64,000 nucleotides of DNA from a virus. Lineage: Duplodnaviria; Caudoviricetes. Location: IMG/VR virus record IMGVR_UViG_3300028886_000035, positions 1-64,000 of that record; one strand, written 5' to 3'. Positions 9,001-19,259 of this stretch are shown here, in pieces. The position numbers and the translations under genes were made by a program. Position 1 is the stretch's first letter. Each line of letters opens with the position of its first letter. Under the pieces are notes generated by a model, which did not search any database, was not told where the DNA came from, and was given only the letters and a program-made list of their open reading frames with translations.

Positions 9001-11942
9001 TTTGTAAACATAGCTATTATTTTTTCTATTGCTTTTAATCCTTTTGTTAATTCAGGCGATAATATTTTATCAAATTTAAATGACAAATCGTTCAAAAATT
9101 TAATATATGTAGCTTGAATTTTTGTAAATTCACTTAATTGTTCTCCTGCTTGACTTAATTGTTTTGTATAATCTTGTGTTGTGTGTGGTAAAGCCAATGG
9201 GTCATTTTTTAACTTATCCCAACCTTTTAATTTTGCTTTTAGTTCTTCATCACGACCTTGTTCCTTCATTTGCATAATTTCTTGTGCTTGTTTAATTGTA
9301 TATCCTTGGTCTAATATATGACTAAAAGCATCTGTTTGACCTAATGCAGTTCCTAAACCGCCCCAACGAGAACCAAAATAATTTTGTTCAGAAAACATAC
9401 GGTCAACTAAATTATCATAATACGAATCTATTGGATTTCCGTGCATATCATGCGACTTTACACCTGATAACAAAGTGTCAAATGTTGATTGTTTTGGATT
9501 ATTCCATAATCCCCAAAAAATATTTCTTGCCCAATCATTAGAAAAAGTTTTTGCGTTATTTGCAGTAGATGTAACTAAGGCATTAGCATCTTCTACGCGC
9601 ATACCATTTACTCCAACAAGAGAAGTCATAGCATCCAAATATTTATCAGCGTTAACACCTACTGAACGCATAGCTTCATTTGTACTATTAAATATTGATA
9701 CCAATTGAGAAACAGGTATACCTTGCGTTTGTGCAAATCTTTCAACAGTTCTTAATTTAGTTAATGCTTCATTAGCAGAATTGCCCATATCACGATAAAA
9801 CGTTTTTAAAAACTGTTCCATTCCACCAATATCGCCAAACATTTCTTTATCAGGAACTAAATTTTTAGATAACCATGCAGTATCTCTACGATTTTCTTCA
9901 GGACTATTGCCTTTTTGTCCACCAACAGTGGACTGTAATCCACGATATATTTCTCCAACTGTACCATATCCAATTTGTCCATACGTAGCATTAAAATAGT
10001 TTGATGGTGCATAATAACTTAAATCATCTATATTTGACTGACTAGGAGTTATACCAAAAGCGGTATCAGTCAAAGCAATATTATATCTAAGTTGACCATT
10101 TTCTTTTGACCTGTTTACAACACCCATTAACATTTGCATTGGATGCAAAATAGCACCTATACCTAAAAATGTTAAACCGCCTGATAATATATTCATCATT
10201 TTGTCTTTAAACATTTTTACATAATGTAATGCCTGTTTCATACCTTCTAATGATTGTTGTAATTCATTAATTTGTTTCAATTCATATTCTAATGCTTCTT
10301 TTTCTTCTTTTAACTGATAATATTCATTTGGTTTTTTGTCTAAATCGTAAAAAGCAAATAACAATTTGTTTAACTGCATTATTGTTTGACTTACAGAAAA
10401 AGAAATTTGTTGTAAATTAGCTTTTTCTTTATCATTTGTAAATAGCAAATATGATAAGCTATTTTTATTAACTTTTGACAACATATTTCTATTCACAGAT
10501 GTAACTTCTAAAGCTCCACTTGTAATTGGTATTAATAAATCATTACTATAGTTTTCGTTTGTAGTGATTTTGTTATTTTTAAAAAAACTTTTCATTTGTA
10601 GATTGAACATTGTATTAGTTCTACGAACATTATCTACATCATTAGCGAAACTTATACTACCACCATTATATAAATGATTATTATTTGAATTAATTTTTAA
10701 AAAAGAAGAGACATTATCCAAATTTTGATTACTAAAAGATAATTTAGATACTGTTTTCATTCTTTGTTGTTTTACTAAAGAATGCGCATATTGATATTCA
10801 GGTGAAGAAACATTGTTTAAACTACCATTAGTAAAAGTTTTAACAAAATTAATAATCCTACCTTCAGAAGATAATTTAGATATATCTTCCATCAAATCTT
10901 TATTAGCAAGTACTGTTATTATGCTTTCTTTATAACTGCCTAACAATTGTTCATATTCTTGTTGAACAATATCTCTTTTCTTTTTACTTCCTTTTGTTTC
11001 TTCATCAAATTTTACAAAAAAATCATTTATTTTTGTAATAGCGTCTTTATATTTTTTAAAATTTGATGAATTATCATTACTATCATTTTCTAAATCCTTG
11101 TCAAACTTTGTATTTAAATCTTCAACTGCACTAGCTATTCTTTTTTTAAAATCATCTAAATCATCTATTAAAATTTTTTGTTGTTCTTTTTCATCTGATT
11201 TCGGAAATAATTTATTCGCAAGATTTTGTAATATTTCTACTTCTGTCTTACCCTTTTCGTCCTGTATCTTATTTTGAATATGATGGATTCTATCTAATTG
11301 TAAACGAATTAAGTCTACGTATTTTTCTTTAATTGTATCCATCAAATTAACAGAATCTTGTGTATTTAAATCATTAGAAGTACGAACTTTATAAAATTGT
11401 TCTAATTGATTAGTAGTAAGTGCAGATAAAATACCAATATCACTTGTATTTGGCAAATAAGAAATTTGTGCTTGTAATTGTTCTTTTTTTATATTATCTG
11501 CATAATTTTTAATTCTTTCAGATAATCTTGTTATTCCTTTAAATATATACTTGTTTTCACCACTAGATAATAATACTCTATTTAAATCTTTTTTTAATGA
11601 ATTTATACTCCCTGCTCCATTTGCATTTTCAATTAATTGTATGGCTTTTGTCAAATCATTCACAAAATCATTTTGTTTTTTTATATTATGAGTAATGTAT
11701 CCATTTTTATTTATATCATTTAAATTGTTATAGTATGCAATTACCTGACCTAAAACATCTATTTGATGTATAAGTGCTTCTATTTCTTCTTTTTTCAAAG
11801 CATCTTGTGTTTTATCAAATTCTTTTATTAATTCTTTAACTTTTACAATTTTTTGATTTTGTACTTCTTTTAATCCAGCAGAAGTTACTAAAATTTTATC
11901 GTTTATATCTCTTTGGACTTTGCTTGCTTTTACAATAGCCAT
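6084..11942 (-). CDS. Tape-measure-like protein 2 (1952 aa) with lytic transglycosylase (SLT) and a possible M15-type peptidase domain
   Basis: Long helical protein with hydrophobic Gly/Ala segments. SLT motifs IAGVLQIESG...GAVGIAQFMPSTA...AHYLRNLLDKY...AVLAYNRG (~7120-7420). HSTGRKID...HFD (~6600-6730) resembles the M15 H-x6-D...H zinc site. Confidence 0.8.
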   Translation of the reverse strand: MAIVKASKVQRDINDKILVTSAGLKEVQNQKIVKVKELIKEFDKTQDALKKEEIEALIHQIDVLGQVIAYYNNLNDINKNGYITHNIKKQNDFVNDLTKAIQLIENANGAGSINSLKKDLNRVLLSSGENKYIFKGITRLSERIKNYADNIKKEQLQAQISYLPNTSDIGILSALTTNQLEQFYKVRTSNDLNTQDSVNLMDTIKEKYVDLIRLQLDRIHHIQNKIQDEKGKTEVEILQNLANKLFPKSDEKEQQKILIDDLDDFKKRIASAVEDLNTKFDKDLENDSNDNSSNFKKYKDAITKINDFFVKFDEETKGSKKKRDIVQQEYEQLLGSYKESIITVLANKDLMEDISKLSSEGRIINFVKTFTNGSLNNVSSPEYQYAHSLVKQQRMKTVSKLSFSNQNLDNVSSFLKINSNNNHLYNGGSISFANDVDNVRRTNTMFNLQMKSFFKNNKITTNENYSNDLLIPITSGALEVTSVNRNMLSKVNKNSLSYLLFTNDKEKANLQQISFSVSQTIMQLNKLLFAFYDLDKKPNEYYQLKEEKEALEYELKQINELQQSLEGMKQALHYVKMFKDKMMNILSGGLTFLGIGAILHPMQMLMGVVNRSKENGQLRYNIALTDTAFGITPSQSNIDDLSYYAPSNYFNATYGQIGYGTVGEIYRGLQSTVGGQKGNSPEENRRDTAWLSKNLVPDKEMFGDIGGMEQFLKTFYRDMGNSANEALTKLRTVERFAQTQGIPVSQLVSIFNSTNEAMRSVGVNADKYLDAMTSLVGVNGMRVEDANALVTSTANNAKTFSNDWARNIFWGLWNNPKQSTFDTLLSGVKSHDMHGNPIDSYYDNLVDRMFSEQNYFGSRWGGLGTALGQTDAFSHILDQGYTIKQAQEIMQMKEQGRDEELKAKLKGWDKLKNDPLALPHTTQDYTKQLSQAGEQLSEFTKIQATYIKFLNDLSFKFDKILSPELTKGLKAIEKIIAMFTNAMAELIRQIGGILNSPLGKMYTNAFNNSPLLTIAGTIVGLGALRFGAGKVLKGGFGAFKNVLSGKSSGISTGKAIATATAVTAGVGLGAWNQYEGLQEQAQKMGNKDQKGQLIEMFQNGTAKATLIIGPGTQDKKDYTLIKYALALALAGASVATIASILGKISTKGKIKHQGILRRIKHLSSGLNKQVKDGKIPEKSERYKKLEEQKKKIEAEGKKLKRKKWQQYQREKRLYEQQVKQAKKIEAKNKAIMEKAKRLEQMRINRRKQLYNSMKWAKRLKYAKKGGLLALGGAFLTSLFDKDVQDNRPIGDFVSGLAGGFIGYALGGSKGAALGAGIGAGAMELLRTNDVKAQNALNNYDKQTTQDSLAGLVREEPTQQQTQDQQKQASQQDKTSKKQSAQYNAYVKAYQQETEAYNKSKEMEIQNLSANKTSFTINESNETYTKARDAVLEKHGINWSKVADHEKRIWQNSYESFLQIFRDNKKALEMAAQALIKIQSMAGGGTGSIYTNASAIEYGNACYANAPADVKSWIDEASAKWNVPKWLIAGVLQIESGMNKNPAHSTAGAVGIAQFMPSTAAGFGFDPNDPHASVLGAAHYLRNLLDKYGGSTFKAVLAYNRGYYGDDWRDLPDQVDYARKFHMIDSNNNPVPETEQTAGYVPISANISPSSYSNSGGIYSGDLGVDFSHLRWSGFVADKGWDHSYDAHANSAQYIAMDIGRLTPKAKQRLNLFTQLYAKYSGGGTLEWNVATLGHDPGTPHSTGRKIDMELGGVDVGAIIRAGNEAHVGVVNEAGTHFDILLEGTGGYEGTLLTQQFSWDDANSNGSSGANPKLNLNLNFEDIKPKTLKEQWDENLRKYKVAVGNGKEVQGRIINGLYVDPNQKFQSIEEIGKEIREKNIKQWGKLSDDIDTVEQSKQFQGLKNQESIDHEKIQMRFDKKQMRSDKIIAFTTEVKNTIQDFYEPSSLKISFNG

Positions 11943-11957
11943 CTTACAACCCTCTTT

Positions 11958-14900
11958 TTATGCTTCTTTTAATGCCTGTGCTTGATTACGTTCTTCTTCT
12001 GAAGCAGTATTATTAGCTTGCGGTTTAGGAACATTTTTAAAGTAATTATTAACAATATTATTAATATTTATACTTGCCATTTCCATTTGTTGTTTTTCTT
12101 TATTTAATTCTTCTTGACGTTTTCTATTTTCTGCATAGGTTTTTTCTTGTTGCTCGTGGTCTGATTTATACTGTTCTGCCATTTTTTGAAGTGCTCCATC
12201 ATATCCCTCTGTACTCATACGATACCTAGAACTAGCTTTAATAGCTTTAAAATCTACTTTTTGTTCTTTATCCATTTTTTTACCAATATCAGATGGACCT
12301 GAATTTGTCAAATATTTGCCATCACCACTATAAGCACCATTTTTTAAACTAACACCAAATAAATCTTTATCATGAACACCTGAAAATGCTCTAAACCTAT
12401 CTCTTAATCCACGTAAAGATAACATACGTCCATTTGAAGATAAAGCAGTAGAACCATCCAAAATCAATTGACCTGTAGCAACTCTATCATTTAACAATTC
12501 TTTGTCTTTTAATCCTGCCAATTCACCAATTTGTTTCTGCATATTCATAATATTTTTTTCTGCATCTGCATATGTACTTTCTAATGTTTGGTCTTTATTT
12601 TGTGACGTTGTTTGTTGCGTATCTTGATGTGGATTATCAGGAGGATTTGGCTTGTTGAGTTGCATTTTGTCTCCAACATCTTTAGGATTAGGCGTAGTAG
12701 AGACAATGCTTTCCATATTTTTCTTTATGGCATCTTCATTTTGTGTAGACGAAACATAAGCAACTTCATTATAAGCCATATTATATGCTTTATTAATATC
12801 TTCATCACTAAAATTTTCTAAATTAGAATCTTGGAATATATTAGCTATTGTTGCTCTATCTCCGTTTCTAAATGGACCTGAAACTAAATGACCGGCTATA
12901 TCTGTCCAATCGCTATCATTCATAATAGCATTTGCAATTTTATCTTCACCAGAACCAGCATTCGTTCCACCCATAATTTGACCTAACAAACTTAAGCGTT
13001 GTTTCTTTTCTTCTATAGAAAGATTATTATCTTTCCCACCATCTTCTAAATACATACCTCCGAGTTTCAAAGACCAAGTTGTATCATGCCCTGATAATTC
13101 ATTTGGGTCTAAACTTTCAAATCCTTGTTCTTTTTGTTCATCTGTCATCCACTCATTAGCTGCAACCTCTGCCGTTTTTTTCATTCCTTTGCCTTTTGAT
13201 ATTTCATCATTATTAAAAGCATATTCTGCATCATTTTTTTGCTTATCTGCTACTGTACCTGTAGCTAATCCTGCAACAAACGCAGCAACTTCATCTGCCA
13301 ATCCACGAGACTTTAAATCATTATATACATCATTAATATATTTTTCTTGGTCATTTGTTAAATCTTCCAATTTAACACCATGTTTAGAAAGTGCATCTGC
13401 TGTAGCTTTTTGCCTACTATCATTTGAAGAAACAATAGATTTTGTAGCATCTCCATATAAACTAGCCGATTGTTTTACTTTTGCAGCATAAGAATCATGG
13501 GCAGTTTTAATGGCAGATTTATCTGAAATTCCTAATGCATCACCAACAGATGAATTTTGCAAACCTTCTCCTGCAAATCCACCAATTAGAGCACCTGCCG
13601 TACCACCTAAAAATCCTCCAACAATAGTACCAACTGGGCCAACAAAAGAACCTGCTAAAGCTCCTAATTTTGCACCTGCTAGACCACCTGCAATTGCACC
13701 GCCACCTCTAAAAGCAACTCTTGCTACGTGTTGTCCCATACTATAGTTATCGCTATTTTCGTCACTAAATTCGTTAATTATTTCGTCTGCAAGAGTAATC
13801 CCAGCTCCAAGAGGACCGCCAAATTTACCTAATTTGGCAAATCTTGACCACCATTTGCCTTTTTTTGCAACATTATTTAATGCATCCCATCTATCTTTAT
13901 TAATCAAATTATATTTTTTAGCAACTGCCAATGCAGCTGCACCAGGAACTGCAATCGTTCCACCTGCGATTAATCCTGCATTATTAATTAATGTTGTTTT
14001 GTCAAGATTTTTTTCACGTTGTTCCCAATCTTCTGTAGCTTCACCTGTATTTGCATCTACATAAACATCATTTGGATTTGCTATTTTATAATTCTCTATT
14101 TCATCACCATATCGTTCTGCTATAGACTGATTAATAAATTCAGCGTTACTTAAACTTTCATTATAATTTCCTTTTTTATCTATTAAATTAGGGTCAATTT
14201 GACTATAATCTTCAGACCATCCTGTACCATAATAATAGCTATTTTCATCACCTGTATGTTCTTTTGCATATGTATTACTTTCACTTGGTTGTAGTGCTCC
14301 ATCACTATCAGGAGAATAACCTGTTGAATTTTGTAAGTTATCAACTATTGTTTGAACATCAGATAAATCTTGTTCTGCATTATTATTTGTTTGAACTTTA
14401 GCTTCACCTGTTGTGAACATAGACACAAGCGCACTTAATCCTGCACCGCCAACTAATGCAGCACCAGCAACCAAAGCCATACCGCCTGATATAATAGCAC
14501 CTTTTCCACCTAAATGGCTTCCTGCTTTAGCTATATTTTTAACAACAGAGGGAGAAGATTTTAACGCTTTTTGTCCTAAAGCCTTTAATCCATATACACC
14601 TGCTCCTGCGGCAGTTGCACCACCCAATATACCTAATCCTGTCGCCACTTTATGATTACTCATAGTATCTACTGCATCAGAAACAGTTTCACCAACTTTA
14701 TGTTTACCCATAAAATCAGTAATGGCTTTCATCAATTCGCCAACAGTAGTTACTAAAGTATTTAATATTTTTGCAAAACCTTCACGGAATTTAGCAAGTG
14801 GACCAGACAAATATTCATTAATTGCCCATCCTAATTTCTTTTGAGCTTCAGATAAATCCGTTTCTAATTTTTGGAAAATAGATACTTGGTCACCAGCAGT

Positions 14901-17780
14901 TTTTAACTTTTCTTTAGCATCTAAAATGGCTTCTGTATACGCCTGTTTACCGCCATCTTTTTCTTCATCTGCTTTTTTCAATATATCCTGTACTAAACTC
15001 ATATCTCCTTTAGATACTGCGTCTTGTAACATAGAAGCATTTTTTTGAGAAAAACCTCTTTTCATAAGTGTATCAATGTACATAATGCCACCTAAAGCAT
15101 TATCTCCGCCAATTCCACCCATTAAATTAGCTTCTGCCATAACACGTTGAGCCATCATTGGATAATAATTTTCATCAACTCTACCATTAGCCTTATATGG
15201 CTTATATCCTTGTACAATTAAATCAAATGGACTACCACCTTGACCTGCCATCATACCAAAAAATGCACTACTATTCATATCTGTAGCCATTTTTTCATTA
15301 GCACCAGCCATTTCAGTAATCATACTACTTGCATCTTCGGGACGTAAATGAGAATGATTAATTAATGCATTCATTGATGACATAACTTGACGAGCACTTA
15401 CACCATGATTAATTAAATTAGAAGATAAATTATTAATCATAGTCATATATGCTTTTACAGGAATACCTGCTGATGTAGCAGCCTGGCCTACATTAACCAT
15501 TGCTTGTGTAGCTTCGCTTGCAGACATACCTAAATCTTTATATGTATTTTTAAAGAAAGTACCTATTGTACCTGCATCTACATTGAATACTTTTCCCCAT
15601 GCAAATGAATTATCTGTTAATTGTGCCATGTCCTCCATATTTGCATTAGGGTCTGTGTTATAATGACCACCAACAGTTTGAGTTAATGTTTTATAATGAT
15701 TAAGAAATTCTCCTTCCTTAATCATTCCATTTGTATTTTTCCAATATTCAAAATCTTTATCTCTTGCAATATAATTAATTCTTCCTTGGTTTAAATTAGC
15801 TCCCATAGAAAAATCATTCATTGCAACTGCGTATCTACGTTGTCCTTCTTGTGTTTCATACCCAATAGCTTTATTAAGCATTACCATAGGAGACAAAAGT
15901 GCTCCTAGACCAAGCATAGACAACCCGCCCGCTAGTAGATTTTTTAATTTGCTTACGCCACTAGCTATATCAGAAAATATATTTGACAAAGCTGAAGAAC
16001 TTTCTTTAGCATCATCAGCATTTTGTTTTAATTTTAATAACGCTTTTTGTTCTTCACGTAATTTTTTCAAAGATTTGTTTTCAGGGTCTAAATCTTCTAT
16101 TGCATTAATCGTTTTAGTTAAATTGCCCAATGCATTATCTACTTGTTTTGTAAATGCTTCAAAAACTTTTTTATCTTCTGCATTTAGATTTTTGCCACCA
16201 CCTGTATGTAAATTCATACCTTTAGCAGTATCTAACACAGATTGACCCATAGATACATTAACTTTTGCTAATTCGGCAATTCCTTGCGCTTTTTGTTTAT
16301 TATTCCAATTACCACTCATTACATTATTTACTAAATCAGAATAACGAGAACTAGCCAAAAAACCTTCTCTTTGTGTATTTTCCATACCTCTAGCGAGAGA
16401 AGTTTTATTACCTAATAAATTGCCTGTTGTAACATATTGATACCAAGGATTATTTTTACCTTGTGAATATTCCAAATTAATTAATGCGTCGTTAGCACCT
16501 GTTGTTAAATCATTAAAACTAATACTAGCTAATGATTGTGTTGCCATAGCATTACTTACCGAATTATATTCATCTGTACCAGGTTTTATGGCATTTTGTT
16601 GCGCAGTTACGAATGCATTTTTTGCATTTTGTATAGCACTATTTGTAGCAGAAATAAGACTCTGATTATTTTCTTTAAAATCATTGTTAAAAGCAGTTAA
16701 TTGTTGCCTAATAGCTTTTACTATATCTGCTATCCCACTATTAGCATTACCTTGTTGTTCTAATATACTTGCGAATTGATTAAGTGTATTATTTACATTA
16801 TTAGCAACTTTTATATTTAATTCTTGTGTTGCTCTAATATGGCTTAAATTACTCCCATCTTCATTAGCTTTTAATGAAGATGAAATTGCAGACATAACTG
16901 ACTTGGCATTACCAACTAATCCACGTAAATTGTTTAATGTATTTTCAGAAAAATTATCAGAACTAATATCATTTTTTACATCATTTTTAAATTGTTGTAA
17001 ACTTTGTATTAATTGATTATCAATACTTTCAACTGCCGTTTTTGATAATTCGTCAACAGAATCTAACAGTTGACTAGTTGCACCTGTTCCTTGTTCAATG
17101 TTAGCAAGAGTAGTCTGTACTTCTTCAAACAATCTACTCTCTGCATCACTTAACGTATTTGCACTATCAGCAGTTTGTTTTATGTCTTGCGTAGCCTGAT
17201 TCATAGCTTGCGTATGTACTTGCGCTACATCATTTGTTTCTTTAATTTGTTGTTGTGTACTATCTAAAACAGATTGTTTTGTTTCTTGTAAAGTGTTTTG
17301 TAACTGCGATAATTTATTTGTTGTTTCACTTACACTATTAGCAACACTTTGAATAATATTATCATAATCTTCTGTATTTTGTATTTTATTTGTTTGAACA
17401 ATCTCTTGTACTTGTTTACTAACAGAAGTTATAATTTCATTTTTAATTGTATTGATATTATTTATAGCAGATTCCATCTGTTGTATAATATCATTACTAT
17501 TAGTAGTATCTTGTGAATTTTTTAACCCTTCAATTTTTTGGTCAACATCTTTTAATTTTGATAATATTTCATTAAATCCTTCAATGTGAAAATGATTATT
17601 ATTAATACTACTAATTGTATCTCTTAAACCATCTGTTGCATTAGAAATAATATTAAAATTATCATTCATATTAATTCTGCTACCTGTACTCCCTACAGAT
17701 ATAGTAGAACTTGTTTCAGAAATAGGTTGTGTATTATTACTTGTATCAAATTTACCAAATGTTGTATCATTTTTATCCAT
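11958..17780 (-). CDS. Tape-measure-like protein 1 (1940 aa)
   Basis: Follows a tail chaperone gene. Coiled-coil N-terminus, central block shared with the other two giant ORFs, and a glycine-zipper segment GGLAGAKLGALAGSFVGPVGTIVGGFLGG. No recognisable enzyme domain. Confidence 0.75.
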   Translation of the reverse strand: MDKNDTTFGKFDTSNNTQPISETSSTISVGSTGSRINMNDNFNIISNATDGLRDTISSINNNHFHIEGFNEILSKLKDVDQKIEGLKNSQDTTNSNDIIQQMESAINNINTIKNEIITSVSKQVQEIVQTNKIQNTEDYDNIIQSVANSVSETTNKLSQLQNTLQETKQSVLDSTQQQIKETNDVAQVHTQAMNQATQDIKQTADSANTLSDAESRLFEEVQTTLANIEQGTGATSQLLDSVDELSKTAVESIDNQLIQSLQQFKNDVKNDISSDNFSENTLNNLRGLVGNAKSVMSAISSSLKANEDGSNLSHIRATQELNIKVANNVNNTLNQFASILEQQGNANSGIADIVKAIRQQLTAFNNDFKENNQSLISATNSAIQNAKNAFVTAQQNAIKPGTDEYNSVSNAMATQSLASISFNDLTTGANDALINLEYSQGKNNPWYQYVTTGNLLGNKTSLARGMENTQREGFLASSRYSDLVNNVMSGNWNNKQKAQGIAELAKVNVSMGQSVLDTAKGMNLHTGGGKNLNAEDKKVFEAFTKQVDNALGNLTKTINAIEDLDPENKSLKKLREEQKALLKLKQNADDAKESSSALSNIFSDIASGVSKLKNLLAGGLSMLGLGALLSPMVMLNKAIGYETQEGQRRYAVAMNDFSMGANLNQGRINYIARDKDFEYWKNTNGMIKEGEFLNHYKTLTQTVGGHYNTDPNANMEDMAQLTDNSFAWGKVFNVDAGTIGTFFKNTYKDLGMSASEATQAMVNVGQAATSAGIPVKAYMTMINNLSSNLINHGVSARQVMSSMNALINHSHLRPEDASSMITEMAGANEKMATDMNSSAFFGMMAGQGGSPFDLIVQGYKPYKANGRVDENYYPMMAQRVMAEANLMGGIGGDNALGGIMYIDTLMKRGFSQKNASMLQDAVSKGDMSLVQDILKKADEEKDGGKQAYTEAILDAKEKLKTAGDQVSIFQKLETDLSEAQKKLGWAINEYLSGPLAKFREGFAKILNTLVTTVGELMKAITDFMGKHKVGETVSDAVDTMSNHKVATGLGILGGATAAGAGVYGLKALGQKALKSSPSVVKNIAKAGSHLGGKGAIISGGMALVAGAALVGGAGLSALVSMFTTGEAKVQTNNNAEQDLSDVQTIVDNLQNSTGYSPDSDGALQPSESNTYAKEHTGDENSYYYGTGWSEDYSQIDPNLIDKKGNYNESLSNAEFINQSIAERYGDEIENYKIANPNDVYVDANTGEATEDWEQREKNLDKTTLINNAGLIAGGTIAVPGAAALAVAKKYNLINKDRWDALNNVAKKGKWWSRFAKLGKFGGPLGAGITLADEIINEFSDENSDNYSMGQHVARVAFRGGGAIAGGLAGAKLGALAGSFVGPVGTIVGGFLGGTAGALIGGFAGEGLQNSSVGDALGISDKSAIKTAHDSYAAKVKQSASLYGDATKSIVSSNDSRQKATADALSKHGVKLEDLTNDQEKYINDVYNDLKSRGLADEVAAFVAGLATGTVADKQKNDAEYAFNNDEISKGKGMKKTAEVAANEWMTDEQKEQGFESLDPNELSGHDTTWSLKLGGMYLEDGGKDNNLSIEEKKQRLSLLGQIMGGTNAGSGEDKIANAIMNDSDWTDIAGHLVSGPFRNGDRATIANIFQDSNLENFSDEDINKAYNMAYNEVAYVSSTQNEDAIKKNMESIVSTTPNPKDVGDKMQLNKPNPPDNPHQDTQQTTSQNKDQTLESTYADAEKNIMNMQKQIGELAGLKDKELLNDRVATGQLILDGSTALSSNGRMLSLRGLRDRFRAFSGVHDKDLFGVSLKNGAYSGDGKYLTNSGPSDIGKKMDKEQKVDFKAIKASSRYRMSTEGYDGALQKMAEQYKSDHEQQEKTYAENRKRQEELNKEKQQMEMASININNIVNNYFKNVPKPQANNTASEEERNQAQALKEA

Positions 17781-17803
17781 TAATTATTTCCTCCTTTCTT
17801 TAA

Positions 17804-18775
17804 TTATTTATCATCGTCTTGTACCATAATTACATCTAAATTATCAGGATTTACACCTGCTTCTTTAGCTTCTTTTTCTAAATTCTTCATTATATTATCA
17901 TTCTCTTTTTGAATTGTTTTTTCCGCACCTAATACGCGAGACAAGAAATCTTCTTTTGTTTCACTTGAATTTCCTTTATGAGTATCATCATCCAATACAG
18001 TTACAGGCTCATCATCACCCATAAACATTTTCAACTTTTCGTCAAAATCTTCATCAACTGTAGTATCTCCATAATGAATTACTTCATTTGGATTATATGG
18101 ATTTTGTTCATCATGTGCTTTTACTCGTGTAATATTTCCTGATTTTGTTGTATATTGTTCTGCACTTTTTTCATTATCACGTACCGCTTTTGCCAATTCA
18201 GGATTAACATAATAAGCCAAATAATCTAATTTCATTTTATCATTTTTTTCTTTTTCTAATTCTTCTTGACTTATATTTTCATATAACCACATGAGTTGGT
18301 GGTCATTTAAATGCATGAACTCCTTATCAGTAGGTAGTTTTTTAAAATACGACATTATTTTAAATTTAATTTTACTGTAAGGATTTTGTGCAATTTTTTT
18401 AACAAAATTAATATCCGAAGTTGCCTCTACCTGAATTTTATCTAATTTTTGATATTCGTTATACAAAGTTTCAATAACTTTAGGTGGTAACTTTTCAATA
18501 ATTTGTTCTTTCATATTTTCAGTTGGCTCTATATGGTTAATACTAACTAATGCCATTTGCAACATTGTTTTCTTTAAAACCGCCCAACTAGTAGCGTCAT
18601 CATCATCAACCATAGCTATTGACCATAATTGTTTATGTTCTTCCGAATCTAATGTACGAAATTCCCATTCTTTATTAAATTTTTTGAAAGTTTTTGTTCC
18701 ATATCCTTTAAAGATAATATCCTGTATAATTAGTTCTTTTTCACGTTCTTCTTCTATCTTTTTATCATCTGCCAT
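17804..18775 (-). CDS. Tail assembly chaperone, long form (chaperone domain plus C-terminal extension)
   Basis: Directly upstream of tape-measure 1. N-terminal ~120 aa is paralogous to 5571..5984. Start placed at ATG 18775 behind GGGAG (ORF track starts at 18796). Confidence 0.6.
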   Translation of the reverse strand: MADDKKIEEEREKELIIQDIIFKGYGTKTFKKFNKEWEFRTLDSEEHKQLWSIAMVDDDDATSWAVLKKTMLQMALVSINHIEPTENMKEQIIEKLPPKVIETLYNEYQKLDKIQVEATSDINFVKKIAQNPYSKIKFKIMSYFKKLPTDKEFMHLNDHQLMWLYENISQEELEKEKNDKMKLDYLAYYVNPELAKAVRDNEKSAEQYTTKSGNITRVKAHDEQNPYNPNEVIHYGDTTVDEDFDEKLKMFMGDDEPVTVLDDDTHKGNSSETKEDFLSRVLGAEKTIQKENDNIMKNLEKEAKEAGVNPDNLDVIMVQDDDK

Positions 18776-18812
18776 AATATTAAAACTCCCATCCATTTTC
18801 GTACATTTTTAA

Positions 18813-18827
18813 TCTACTAATAAAATA
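18813..18827 (-). promoter_or_regulatory. Phage promoter-like motif TATTT-N6-TAGA (chaperone/tape-measure operon)
   Basis: TATTT TATTAG TAGA. Confidence 0.55.
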
Positions 18828-18857
18828 GATTTTTCATACCCCTTCATTACTTACAAT

Positions 18858-18887
18858 AAAAAAGACTATGAATTATTCATAGTCTTT
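18858..18887 (-). terminator. Intrinsic terminator
   Basis: AAAGACTATGAA/TTCATAGTCTTT inverted repeat. Confidence 0.65.
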
Positions 18888-19209
18888 ATTCAATATCCAT
18901 TTCTAATACTTGATAATATCCATTTTCATTAATTTCTTTTGGCTTATCCCAATCACATGGGGGTATTTTGTTTTCATCATTAATATCCCATTTTAATTCA
19001 TATGCAGGAACAAAACCATCAGAATCTATTTCATCACCAATTTTAATACCTATTCCTTTGTAATATTCTTGTTTATTATGTCCTTTGTATATTGAATCGT
19101 AATAAGGTACTTCATTGACGATAATATATTCTCCATCTTTAGTTTTTATATCTCCATAATCTTCTTTTAATTTATCATATGTTAATATATTTTCTCCCAT
19201 ATATATCAC
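18886..19209 (-). CDS. Hypothetical protein
   Basis: ORF with AGGTG SD, flanked by hairpin terminators. Confidence 0.6.
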   Translation of the reverse strand: MIYMGENILTYDKLKEDYGDIKTKDGEYIIVNEVPYYDSIYKGHNKQEYYKGIGIKIGDEIDSDGFVPAYELKWDINDENKIPPCDWDKPKEINENGYYQVLEMDIE

Positions 19210-19216
19210 CTTATAT

Positions 19217-19250
19217 AAATAGGAGTAGAATATTATCTACTCCTATTTTT
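19217..19250 (-). terminator. Intrinsic terminator
   Basis: AATAGGAGTAGA/TCTACTCCTATT inverted repeat. Confidence 0.65.
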
Positions 19251-19259
19251 ATAATTTAA

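Noticed and set aside
1511-16245. Many plus-strand ORFs of 60-130 aa in the ORF track (also throughout the rest of the window)
   Set aside because: They are antisense shadows of long minus-strand genes, F/L/I-rich, with no SD sites.
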